This document shows, one piece after another, positions 22,203 to 32,273 of a stretch of DNA of 64,000 nt. A program made the translations under genes and the position numbers. Below the pieces are notes generated by a model that was given only the letters and a program-made list of their open reading frames with translations, searched no databases and was not told where the DNA came from. This stretch comes from an uncultured Verrucomicrobiae bacterium (GTDB lineage Bacteria > Verrucomicrobiota > Verrucomicrobiia > Chthoniobacterales > SZAS-18), in contig CAWERT010000014.1 in assembly GCA_963811545.1 (NCBI GenBank), positions 62,635 through 126,634 of the forward strand, in the 5' to 3' direction. Numbering within the stretch: the stretch's first letter is position 1; the number at the start of each line of letters is the position of its first letter.

Positions 22203-22478
22203 ATGAACAAAGCCAAACTTATCGAAGCAGTCCAAAAGTCGCTCGGCGGCGACACCAGCAAGGCCCACGCGGGCCATGCGGTCGAAGCCGTCATTGATGG
22301 CATCAAATCCGGCCTCAAGAAAGAGAAGTCCGTCCAACTGATCGGCTTCGGCACCTTCAAGGTCGCGCAGCGCAAGGCCCGCATCGGCGTCAATCCCAAG
22401 ACCGGCGAGAAGATCAAGATCAAGGCCTCCAAGACGGTCAAGTTCGTCGTCGGCAAAGAGTTGAAATCCAAGCTGTAA
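22203..22478 (+). CDS. HU-family nucleoid-associated DNA-binding protein
   Basis: MNKAKLIEAVQKSLGG...VQLIGFGTFKVAQRKARIGVNPKTGEKIKIKASKTVKFVVGKELK is the canonical HU/IHF fold sequence. Intact, 91 aa. Confidence 0.92.
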   Translation: MNKAKLIEAVQKSLGGDTSKAHAGHAVEAVIDGIKSGLKKEKSVQLIGFGTFKVAQRKARIGVNPKTGEKIKIKASKTVKFVVGKELKSKL

Positions 22479-22517
22479 GCCCGTTTTCCCGACGTTTCCC
22501 TCCTGAATCTCCAACCA

Positions 22518-22554
22518 CCCGTTCCGTCCAACAGGCGGAACGGGTTTTCTTTTT
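22518..22554 (+). terminator. intrinsic terminator after the HU gene
   Basis: Stem cccgttccg / cggaacggg with a 9-nt loop, followed by ttttcttttt. Confidence 0.8.
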
Positions 22555-22588
22555 GGCGCGGGCACCGCAAGTTAGGCGGAGCCCTCCC

Positions 22589-25363
22589 ATGATCGCCCCG
22601 GCCGCCACCCACATCGAGAAAGTTCGCGCCCACGCGGCGCGCGAGCTCTCCGAGTCGTCCAGCGGCGATCCCTTCATGGCGCGCTACCGGCGCTTCCTCA
22701 AGGTGGAGGAGCACCGCCTGCGCCTGCAGCATCGCGCCGGCGAATCCGGCCTGGCCATCGCGCAGCGCCGCGCCGCCATGGTCGATCTTTTCCTCACGCA
22801 CCTCTTCGACGAGGCCTGCCACGCCGGCGGCTCGCGCGGCGAACCGCCTCGCCTCGCCCTGCTTGCGCTTGGTGGATACGGCCGCAGCGAGATTTGTCCG
22901 CACAGCGACATCGACATCCTCTTTTTGCACGGCCGGGCGGGCGACGATCCGGCGCCGGGCGTGACGGAGATCATCCAGCGGCTGCTCTACCAGCTCTGGG
23001 ATCTGGGCTTCCGGGTGGGTCACTCCACGCGCTCGCTGGCGGGGGCGACCGATCACGCGAACACCGACCTGATCTTCAAGACCTCGCTGCTCGAGGCGCG
23101 CCTGCTCTCGGGCGACCGCGAGCTCTTCGGGCGCTTCGAGGAGTGCTTTGAACGCGTGTGCATCCGCGGCCGCGAGCGCGAGTATCTCGACTGGCGCGTC
23201 GTCGACACGGCGGACCGGGTGAAGAAATTCGGCCCGACGATCTTCCTGCAGGAGCCGCACGTGAAATGCAGTCCCGGCGCGCTGCGCGACTACCACAACG
23301 TCCTCTGGACCCTGCATTTCACGCCGCATCGCGCGGACCTGCTGCGCGGCGGCATGCCCGCGCTGGTGGAGGCGGGCCTCCTGGAAAGCCGCGCGCTGCG
23401 CGCGATGGCCGCCGCGCGCGATTTTCTGCTGCATGTCCGCACGGAGCTGCACTACCTCGATCAGCGCGCGGCCGACACGCTCACGCTGCATCACCAGTCG
23501 CAGATCGCCACGACCTTCCGCTACCCGCAGACCAACGCGCTGCGCCGGAACGAGGCGTTCATGAAGGATTATTACAAGCATGCGCGCGACATGCACCTCG
23601 GCACGACCGAGCTGTTCGAGAGCCTGGTGCATCCCTCGCCCGGCCTCGCCATGACGGCGTCGGAGCCACGCCCCCGGGAGGTCGAGTTCGACGGATTCTT
23701 CAGCCGCGACGCGCTGTTGCACGCCGTCTCGGCGCGGGTTTTCGACGAGGATCCGCTGCGCCTGCTCCGGCTTTTCCAGCTCGCGCAGCTGCGCAACGAG
23801 GATCTCAGCCCGGACCTGCTCCAGCTCGTGCGGCGCAAGCTCGGCCTGATCAACCGCACCTATCAATACTCGCGCGCCGCCCGCGACATCTTCCTGATCA
23901 TCCTGTCGCAGCGCGGCCGGGTGGCGCGCATCCTCCGCCGCATGCACGACGCCGGCGTGCTCGGCCGCTACCTCCCGGAATTCGGCGCGCTCTTCTGCCT
24001 GGTGCAGCACGAGTTTTTCCATCGCTACACCACCGACGAGCACACGCTGGTGTGCATCGAGAAGCTCGACGCGCTGCTTTCGACGGATGACGCGCGCATG
24101 TCGGAATACCGCACGCTCTTCGAGGAGCTGGAGGATCCGGCCATCCTGTATCTCGCGATTTTGCTGCACGACACGGGCAAGGCGACCGGCGCGCGGCACC
24201 ACGCCGAGGCCAGCGCGCTCTACGCGCAAAAGGTCGCCTCGCGCCTCGTGCTCGCGCCGGAGCGCCGGACCGCTCTCATTTTCCTGGTCGATCACCACCT
24301 CACGCTCTCGAGCACGGCGCAGCGGCGGAACGTGGACGATCCGGCGACGGTGATCGAGTTCGCGCAGATCGTGAAGACGCGCCCGCGGCTCGACGCGTTG
24401 ATGCTGCTCACGCTCGCCGACGGCCAGGGCACGGGCGACGAGAACTGGAGCGACTGGAAGGAATCGCTCGTCTGGAAGCTGCACCGCTCGACCGCGCGCT
24501 ATCTCAAGGAGGGCGAGTACTTCGCGCGCCTGAGCGATCGGCAGCGCGAGCAGACGTTGAACGAACTGCGCGGCTCGCTCGGACCGGGTTACCGCGACGA
24601 AATCGACGCGCAGTTCCAGTACATGCCGGAGCGGTATTTCCAGGCGTTCGGTCCCGCGGCCATCGCGGAGCATCTCGTGCTGATGCGCAAATTCCTCGCG
24701 CAGCTCGAGGCCTCGCCCGCGCCCGAACAGGCGCTGTCCCCCGCCATCGCGTGGAAGGCCCGCCCGGAGAGCGGCCACAGCGAGGTGTGGATCTGCACGT
24801 GGGATCGCGCGGACCTGCTCGCGAAGATCGCGGGAGCCTTCGCGGCGGTGGGCCTCAACATCCTCGGCGCCGATCTCTACCCGCGGAACGACAACATCGT
24901 CTTTTATCTCTTCCGCGTCTGCAGCGCGGGCTTTCACGCGGTCGAGGATCCGCGCGATCAACGACCGGTCGAGGTCACCCTGGCCGCGGCGCTCAGCGAT
25001 CTGGAGCCCTTCGACTTCCGCCCGCTCTGGCTGCGCTCGCGCCGCCGCCGCGCGCCGCTCCTGCCCGGCCTCGATTTCCCCACCCGCGTGGCCATCATCA
25101 ATCCGCCGACGAGCGACTACACGCTGGTGGAGGTGCAGACGCCCGATCGGCTCGGCCTGCTCTATGATCTGCTCGACGGCTTTGCCACGCTCGGCGCGCG
25201 CGTGTCGTCGTCGCGCATCGCCACGCAGAACGGCGCGGCCATCGACAGCTTTTACCTGACCGACCCCGCCAGCGGTGGTCGCATCACGGATCGCGAGCTC
25301 CTGCGGCGGGTCGAGAATTCCATCCGCCAGATTACGGCCGCGCCGCCGCCCGTCGCCGCATGA
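22589..25363 (+). CDS. glnD: bifunctional [protein-PII] uridylyltransferase / uridylyl-removing enzyme
   Basis: Nucleotidyltransferase block LLALGGYGRSEICPHSDIDILFL, HD domain FHRYTTDEHTL...LLHDTGK, and two C-terminal ACT-like repeats. Intact ORF of about 925 aa. The internal ATG at 22589 is preferred over 22553. Confidence 0.92.
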   Translation: MIAPAATHIEKVRAHAARELSESSSGDPFMARYRRFLKVEEHRLRLQHRAGESGLAIAQRRAAMVDLFLTHLFDEACHAGGSRGEPPRLALLALGGYGRSEICPHSDIDILFLHGRAGDDPAPGVTEIIQRLLYQLWDLGFRVGHSTRSLAGATDHANTDLIFKTSLLEARLLSGDRELFGRFEECFERVCIRGREREYLDWRVVDTADRVKKFGPTIFLQEPHVKCSPGALRDYHNVLWTLHFTPHRADLLRGGMPALVEAGLLESRALRAMAAARDFLLHVRTELHYLDQRAADTLTLHHQSQIATTFRYPQTNALRRNEAFMKDYYKHARDMHLGTTELFESLVHPSPGLAMTASEPRPREVEFDGFFSRDALLHAVSARVFDEDPLRLLRLFQLAQLRNEDLSPDLLQLVRRKLGLINRTYQYSRAARDIFLIILSQRGRVARILRRMHDAGVLGRYLPEFGALFCLVQHEFFHRYTTDEHTLVCIEKLDALLSTDDARMSEYRTLFEELEDPAILYLAILLHDTGKATGARHHAEASALYAQKVASRLVLAPERRTALIFLVDHHLTLSSTAQRRNVDDPATVIEFAQIVKTRPRLDALMLLTLADGQGTGDENWSDWKESLVWKLHRSTARYLKEGEYFARLSDRQREQTLNELRGSLGPGYRDEIDAQFQYMPERYFQAFGPAAIAEHLVLMRKFLAQLEASPAPEQALSPAIAWKARPESGHSEVWICTWDRADLLAKIAGAFAAVGLNILGADLYPRNDNIVFYLFRVCSAGFHAVEDPRDQRPVEVTLAAALSDLEPFDFRPLWLRSRRRRAPLLPGLDFPTRVAIINPPTSDYTLVEVQTPDRLGLLYDLLDGFATLGARVSSSRIATQNGAAIDSFYLTDPASGGRITDRELLRRVENSIRQITAAPPPVAA

Positions 25364-25686
25364 GGACGAAGTGGTTCATCGCGCTGGGGGTCGCCGTGGC
25401 CGTCTTTCTGGCCACGGTCTATTTCGGAATTTTTCACGGCGCGGCCGCCGCGGCCGCCAAGGAGGCCCTCTTGAAGGATCCCGCCGTGATCGAGAGGTGC
25501 GGGACGGAAATCGAGGTGGAGCCCTCGTACTCGGGTCGAAGTTACGTGCGACCCGGCGGCAGCCGCGAAGGGTCGGCCCGCTTGCGTTTTCGTTGCGGCG
25601 GTTCCAAGGGGCCGGCGACCGTCACAGTGACGTTGAAGCAATTGAATGGGGCGTGGAGCGCGACGGAGGTCGCCGTCGACCCCTAG
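25360..25686 (+). CDS. small membrane-anchored protein, possibly Coa1-like (tentative)
   Basis: N-terminal TM WFIALGVAVAVFLATVYFGIF, then ALLKDPAVIERCG...GSARLRFRCGGSKGPATVTVTLKQLNGAWSATEVAVDP. The ATG overlaps the glnD stop (atga). Confidence 0.6.
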   Translation: MRTKWFIALGVAVAVFLATVYFGIFHGAAAAAAKEALLKDPAVIERCGTEIEVEPSYSGRSYVRPGGSREGSARLRFRCGGSKGPATVTVTLKQLNGAWSATEVAVDP

Positions 25687-25716
25687 GAGCCTGTTGATGA
25701 CGATTTTTGAAACGCC

Positions 25717-26052
25717 ATGAAATCGTCCATCAGGAAATTCCTGCTGCTCGTGGCGGCGCTCACGGTGGTCGTGCTGATCGCGATTCACATCCTCATCTAT
25801 CAAAGCCCCGCCGCCGGGGCCGCCCGCGAAGCGCTGCTCCGGGACGGGCTGATTGCGGAGGTTTGCGGCCGGAATATTCGGGTCAGTCCGTGGTACTTGG
25901 GGCGGCATTTCGTCAGCTACAGCGGGGACGACAAGGGAACCGCGCGGCTCCATTTCGAATGTGTCGGGTCAAAGGCGTCCGTTCGCGTCACGGTCGACAT
26001 GCGCAAGGCGGGCGATACCTGGAGCGCGCGGCAGATCTCGATTGACCCCTGA
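25717..26052 (+). CDS. paralogue of the preceding small membrane-anchored protein
   Basis: Same layout: TM, ALLRDGLIAEVCG...GTARLHFECVGSKASVRVTVDMRKAGDTWSARQISIDP. Confidence 0.6.
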   Translation: MKSSIRKFLLLVAALTVVVLIAIHILIYQSPAAGAAREALLRDGLIAEVCGRNIRVSPWYLGRHFVSYSGDDKGTARLHFECVGSKASVRVTVDMRKAGDTWSARQISIDP

Positions 26053-26125
26053 CTTGTCGGAATGCCGCGAAATTCCCGTGCTTCCGGCTTGAGATGGCCG
26101 GGGCCGCGCCTATCCTGACCCCGTC

Positions 26126-26656
26126 ATGAGCACCCGTTCCGTCACCCCCGTGGGCTACGACTCCAAGATCGAGGGGAACATCATCATCACCCGCGTGGAC
26201 GCGGCGATGAACTGGATGCGCAAGAATTCGCTCTGGCCGATGCCGATGGGCCTGGCCTGCTGCGCGATCGAGATGATGGCCGCGGCCTGCTCGCGCTACG
26301 ATTTGGCGCGCTTCGGCGCGGAGGTGATGCGCTTCAGCCCGCGCCAGGCCGACGTCATGATCGTGGCCGGCACGGTGACTTACAAGATGGCGCTGGCGGT
26401 GAAGCGGATTTACGACCAGATGCCCGAGCCGAAATGGGTCATCGCGATGGGCGCGTGCGCCTCGAGCGGCGGCATGTATCGCAGCTACGCGGTGCTGCAG
26501 GGCATCGATCATCTCATTCCGGTGGACGTGTATGTTTCCGGATGTCCGCCGCGTCCCGAGGCGCTGATCGAGGGGCTGATGAAGCTGCAGGAGAAGATCC
26601 TCACGGAGCCTTCGCTGGCGGCGCAGAAGCGCGAGTTGCTCGAAACCCTGAGCTGA
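26126..26656 (+). CDS. nuoB: NADH-quinone oxidoreductase subunit B
   Basis: [61 protein letters not shown]: all four Fe-S ligand cysteine motifs are present. Confidence 0.93.
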   Translation: MSTRSVTPVGYDSKIEGNIIITRVDAAMNWMRKNSLWPMPMGLACCAIEMMAAACSRYDLARFGAEVMRFSPRQADVMIVAGTVTYKMALAVKRIYDQMPEPKWVIAMGACASSGGMYRSYAVLQGIDHLIPVDVYVSGCPPRPEALIEGLMKLQEKILTEPSLAAQKRELLETLS

Positions 26657-26663
26657 AATCGCC

Positions 26664-27257
26664 ATGCCCGCGCTGACCCTCGAGGCGGTGGCCTCCAAAT
26701 TCGCCGAGAAATTCGCCGGCTCCGCGCCGCAGCGCGTGGATTTCCGGGGCGAGACGACCTTCACGCTGGCGCTGGCCGACACCAAGCCGGCGCTCGCCTG
26801 GTGCAAGGACGAGATGGGCTTCGATTACCTGCTCGACATCAGCAGCGTCGACAATTTCGGCGAGGACCCGCGCTTCGAGATGGTCTATGAGCTGTACTCG
26901 CTGACCACGCATCTGCACCTGCGCATCAAGTGCCCGGTGTCGGAGGAGGAATCCGAGAAGATCCCGACCGTTTCGGATCTGTGGCCGACGGCCGACTGGC
27001 ATGAGCGTGAGATGTACGACATGATGGGCCTGAAGTTTTTGGGGCATCCGGATCTGCGGCGGATTTTGATGTGGGAGGGCTATCCGTTTTTCCCGCTGCG
27101 GAAGGATTTCCCGCTGGAGGGCAAGGCGAGCGACATGCCGGATGTGGCGTTCACCGACGCCGCGCCGCTGGCGGGCGGTCCGTTTGTGACCTCGCCGACG
27201 TCCGCCACCGCGGATCGCCGCGAGCCGCGCGCGAAGGATTTTCTGGATCGGGAGTAA
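26664..27257 (+). CDS. nuoC: NADH-quinone oxidoreductase subunit C
   Basis: LDISSVDNFGEDPRFEMVYELYSL...VSDLWPTADWHEREMYDMMGLKFLGHPDLRRILM is the typical NuoC/30-kDa subunit signature. Confidence 0.9.
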   Translation: MPALTLEAVASKFAEKFAGSAPQRVDFRGETTFTLALADTKPALAWCKDEMGFDYLLDISSVDNFGEDPRFEMVYELYSLTTHLHLRIKCPVSEEESEKIPTVSDLWPTADWHEREMYDMMGLKFLGHPDLRRILMWEGYPFFPLRKDFPLEGKASDMPDVAFTDAAPLAGGPFVTSPTSATADRREPRAKDFLDRE

Positions 27258-27308
27258 ACGGTTGCGACAATTCCGCACGCCGGATCGTTTTCTGCGGCGA
27301 CGATTTTT

Positions 27309-27557
27309 TTAGACGGAATTTATAGAATTAGGGGAATTAACGGAATTTTTTGGGTACGCAACGCGACCTCCGAGCGCGTTCGGAATTGGTAGGGACGACC
27401 GTCCTCGGTCGTCCCAAATCAATGGGCTGAACGTCTGCATGGACCGGATATCCGCGTCGTCGGCCATATTTCGTTCGCGATGCTTGGGACGACCGGGACG
27501 GTCGTCCCTACCCTCCGCCCCTCCTCTAATTCTGTAAATTCCGTAAATTCTGTCTAA
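27309..27557. repeat. nested palindromic element (ttagacRgaatttacRgaatt termini, gtagggacgac..gtcgtccc inner arms)
   Basis: Termini are ttagacggaatttatagaattaggggaattaacggaatt and aattctgtaaattccgtaaattctgtctaa. Inner inverted pair is ggtagggacgaccgtcctcggtcgtccc and gggacgaccgggacggtcgtccctacc. Paralogue at 48260-48507. Confidence 0.8.
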
Positions 27558-27587
27558 TCCCCTCCGCCGTTGGATAAGATCATCCAA

Positions 27588-28933
27588 ATGAGCGAGCCGA
27601 CGTCTCCCACGCAATCGCGGCAGACGGAGATCTATCTCGACGGCGTGCGCGGAAGATTGCCGGTCGTTCCCGTCGATTCCAACCGCCTCGAGGCGCGCGC
27701 GGCAGGCGTCCATCCCGGCGGCGGCGTTTGCCTACTTCGCGGGCGGGCGCGGGTCTCGAGCGCACCATGGCGGCAAACCGCCGCGCCTTCGATCGCTGGC
27801 AAATCGTGCCGCGCATGCTCCGCGGCATCGAGTCGCGCGACACCAGCATCGAGCTTTTCGGCCGGCGCATCCCCGCGCCGCTGCTGCTCGCGCCGGTCGG
27901 CGTGCTCGAGCTGGCGCACCCCGAGGCCGATGTCGCCGTGGCCGCCGCGGCCGCGGCCTGCGGCGTGCCGATGATCTTTTCCAACCAGGCGTCCAAGCCG
28001 ATGGAATCAGCCGCCGCGGTGATGGGCGATTCGCCGCGCTGGTTCCAGCTTTATTGGAGCCGCTCCGACGAACTCGTCGCCAGCTTCCTCGCGCGCGCGG
28101 AGGCCTGCGGCTGCAGCGCGCTGGTGGTCACGCTCGACACGACCCTGCTCGGCTGGCGCACGCGCGACCTCGACGCGGCGCATCTGCCCTTCCTGCGCGG
28201 CAAGGGCATCGCGCAGTACACCAGCGATCCGGTGTTCCAACGGTTGACCGACGAAGCGTTGCGCCAGCCGCCCGCGAGCACGGTGCGGCCCTCGCTCGCC
28301 GCGCTCGGCGCGCTGCTGGACATGGCGCGCACCCATCCGGGATCGACGCTTGAAAACCTGCGCAGCGGACGCGCGCGCGCCGCGGTGCAGGCCTTCATTT
28401 CGATTTTTTCGAAGCCATCGATCGCCTGGGAGCATCTGCCGTTTCTGCGCCAGCACACGCGCCTGCCCATCTTGTTGAAGGGCATCCAGCATCCGGACGA
28501 CGCGCGGCGCGCGGTCGACGCGGGCATGGACGGCATCATCGTCTCCAATCACGGCGGCCGGCAGGTGGACGGCGCCATCGGCGCGCTCGACGCGCTGCCT
28601 GCGGTCGTCGCCGCGGTGCCAAGTTCGATGCCGGTGCTTTTCGACAGCGGCATTCGCACGGGCGCGGATGCGTTCAAGGCGGTCGCGCTGGGCGCGCGCG
28701 CGGTCTGCCTGGGCCGGCCGTTCGCCTACGCCCTCGCGGCGGGCGGACGCGCGGGGGTGGAGTCGGTCCTGCGCAATTTCCTGACCGATTTCGAGATCAC
28801 GATGGGCCTGAGCGGCTGCCGCAATGTGTCCGAAATCCAATGCGGGACTTTCTTGTTGAAGCGAAGTGAATCCGGCCGTGCCGATGCCCGAATCCCTCTC
28901 CGGCTCCGTCGAACGCGTGACGTTCTTCAATGA
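27588..28933 (+). CDS. FMN-dependent alpha-hydroxy-acid oxidising enzyme (lactate 2-monooxygenase / L-lactate dehydrogenase family), one frameshift near 27700
   Basis: [64 protein letters not shown] and [19 protein letters not shown] are all family hallmarks. The 3' end overlaps the next gene and is uncertain. Confidence 0.85.
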
Positions 28934-31103
28934 GGAGAACGGGTTCGCCGTCCTGCGGGTGAAGATCAAGGGCCGGCCGGAGGCGGTCACCTGCCTCTGC
29001 GCGCTGCCCGCGGTGCACGCGGGCGAATGGCTCGAGGCGGAGGGCGCGTGGCTGCGCGACCCGATTCACGGGCTGCAATTCAAGGCGACCTCCGCCCACG
29101 CGAGCGCGCCGACCAGCCGCGCAAGCATCGAGCGATATCTCGGGCAGCGGACTGATCAAGGGCATCGGCGAGGTCTTCGCCAAGAAACTGGTCGCGAAAT
29201 TCGGCGTGAAGATTTTCGACGTGATCGAAAACGAATCCGCGCGGCTCGAGGAAATTCCCGGGCGTCGGCAAGCGAGCGGCGCAAGGCGATCAAGGCCGCC
29301 TGGGCCGAGCAGCGCCACGTGCGCGAAATCATGCTCTTCCTCTACGCCCACGGCGCCGGCACGGCGCGGGCCCAGCGCATCTTCAAGACCTACGGCGAGA
29401 AATCGATCGAGATCGTGCGCGAGGATCCCTACCGCCTGGCGCGCGACATCCACGGCATTGGCTTTCGCACGGCCGACGAGATCGCGTCGCGGATCGGGAT
29501 TGCGCCCCACTCCGCCCGGCGCGCCCTGGCCGGATTGCGCCACGTCTTGCAGGAGGCGGCGGGAGCCGAGGGCCACAGCGCGCTGCCGCTGGCCGATCTC
29601 ATTGCCCGCGCGGAAAAACTTCTCGGCGTCTCGGCAACTTCGATCGCGTCGGCCCTGGCAGACGGCGTGACGAAAGGTGATTTCATCGAGGATCGCATCG
29701 ACGGCGAAACGCTGGTTTACCTGCCGCACCTGCACGCGGCGGAGATCGCGGTCGCGCGACGCGTGCGCGCGCTGGCGGAGGCGCCGTCGACCTATCCGGA
29801 GATGGACATCGCCAAGGCCACGGCGTGGGCCGAGAAGCAAAGCGGGCGCGAGCTGTCGCCCAGCCAGCGCGAGGCGCTGCGCACGCTGCTGTCGTCGCGC
29901 ATCGCGGTGCTGACGGGCGGTCCCGGCGTGGGCAAGACCACGCTGCTCGACGCGTTCCTGCGCATCGTGGTGGCCAAGAAAATTTCGCCCGTGCTCTGCG
30001 CGCCCACCGGCCGCGCCGCGCAGCGACTGACCGCCGCCACGGGCCGGCCGGCGAAGACGATTCATCGCCTGCTGGAGGCGCGCGGCGCCGGCGGATTCCA
30101 GCGCGGACCGGGCTCATCCGCTCGAGGGCGAGCTCTTCGTGGTGGACGAATCGTCCATGCTCGATCTCCCGCTCTTCGACGCGCTCCTGCGCGCGCTGCC
30201 CGCCGGCGCGTCGCTCCTGCTGGTGGGCGACATGGATCAATTGCCCTCGGTCGGACCGGGCCTCGTCCTGCGCCAGCTCATCGAGAGCGGACTCGTGCCC
30301 ACCGCGCGGCTGACGGAGATTTTTCGCCAGGCGGAGTCGAGCCGGATCGTCGTCAACGCCCATCGCATCAACGCGGGCGAGCTGCCGGAGCGCGCGCGCC
30401 AAGGAGCCGGCAGATTCCGATTTCTTTGTCATCGCCCGGGCCGAGGCGACGGAGGCGGCGGCGACCGTCGTGGAATTGGTGGCGCAGCGCATCCCGGCGA
30501 AATTCGGACTCGACGCCGCGGCGCGACATCCAGGTGCTCTGCCCGATGAACCGCGGCCCGTGCGGCACGCGCGAGTTGAACCGGCTGCTGCAGTCCGCGC
30601 TCAATCCGCCGCGCGAGGACGGCGGCATGGGCGAGGTGGAGCGCTTCGGCTGGACGTTCCGCGTCGGCGACCGCGTCATCCAGACGGAGAACAATTACGA
30701 CAAGGAGGTGTTCAACGGCGACATCGGGACGATTGCGCGGGTGGAGGCGGAGGAGCGCGAGGTCGCGGTGGAATTCGAGAATCGCAAATCCGCGGTGCGC
30801 TACGATTTCGGCGAGCTCGATCAACTCGCGCCGGCCTACGCCATCACGGTGCACAAGTCGCAGGGATCGGAATTTCCCGCGGTGGTGATCCCGATTGTGA
30901 GCGATCAATTCCTGCTGCTGCAGCGCAACCTGCTCTACACCGCGGTCACGCGCGGCCGGCGGCTCGTGGTGGTGGTGGCGCAGACCCGCGCCCTGCAGCG
31001 CGCCGTGCGCGAGACCGGCGCGCGGCGAGCGCGTCGGCGGGCTGCGGCGCGCTTGACGGGAGTCGACAGTCGACGGTCGACGGTCGACAGCCAGAACGAC
31101 TGA
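28866..31103 (+). pseudogene. recD2: RecD2-like SF1B DNA helicase (RecD/TraA family), several indels, some of them compensating
   Basis: N-terminus [25 protein letters not shown], HhH region SGLIKGIGEVFAKKLVAKFG (out of frame), Walker A VLTGGPGVGKTT, and (out of frame) [13 protein letters not shown] and [16 protein letters not shown], then TVHKSQGSEFPAVVIP and YTAVTRGRRLVVVV. Confidence 0.85.
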
Positions 31104-31106
31104 TTT

Positions 31107-31270
31107 GGAACCACAGATTTACGCAGATTTACGCAGATATTCCTGGATTGGGGAGCAATCAATTGGCAGGACGATTTACCATTCGCCTGTCCGAAATCCT
31201 CAGTGCCTCCGTGGGCTCCGTGCGAACTCCCGCTTCAAGAAATCTGCGCTTCTGCGTAATCTGCGGTTAT
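31107..31270. repeat. aatctgcg-type palindromic element
   Basis: Arms ggaaccacagatttacgcagatttacgcagat and aatctgcgcttctgcgtaatctgcggtt, with an internal cagtgcctccgtgggctccgtgcg module. Confidence 0.8.
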
Positions 31271-31404
31271 CGGCTTAGTCGTCCCGCGACTTCGACTCAT
31301 CAATTGGCAATCTTCGTCCGCTGCCCTATTCTAACAGGCCCGCGAAATGCCTTTCGGACGATTTCGTCGGTGAAGAGTCAGCATATTCCAACTATCCGCA
31401 TCCC

Positions 31405-32026
<622 letters not shown>

Positions 32027-32052
32027 TCTCGGTTGCCAGTCAGAATTTTCAA

Positions 32053-32087
32053 AGCCGCTCCGCCGCAAGGTGGAGCGGCTTTTCTTT
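32053..32087 (+). terminator. intrinsic terminator after the SOD gene
   Basis: Stem agccgctcc / ggagcggct with a 10-nt loop, followed by tttcttt. Confidence 0.8.
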
Positions 32088-32268
32088 AACCACAGATTAA
32101 CGCAGATTTCCGCAGATTTGGAAAGATCGGGGAGACCACGAATTTCACACAAATGAACACGAATTGAAGAGTCTACAGAGTCCGCAAAATTCGCGTCAAT
32201 TCGTGTAAAATTCGTGGTTCCTTTTCTTCTCCAAATAATCTGCGTAAATCTGCGTTAATCTGCGGTTA
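32087..32268. repeat. aatctgcg-type palindromic element
   Basis: Arms ttaaccacagattaacgcagatttccgcagatt and aatctgcgtaaatctgcgttaatctgcggtt, with internal inverted cacgaatt modules. Confidence 0.8.
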
Positions 32269-32273
32269 CCTCC

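Noticed and set aside
22187-24961. 924-aa ORF antisense to glnD
   Set aside because: This is a shadow ORF typical of high-GC DNA. The translation is Arg/Ala/Glu-rich and lacks motifs, whereas the sense strand encodes a complete GlnD.
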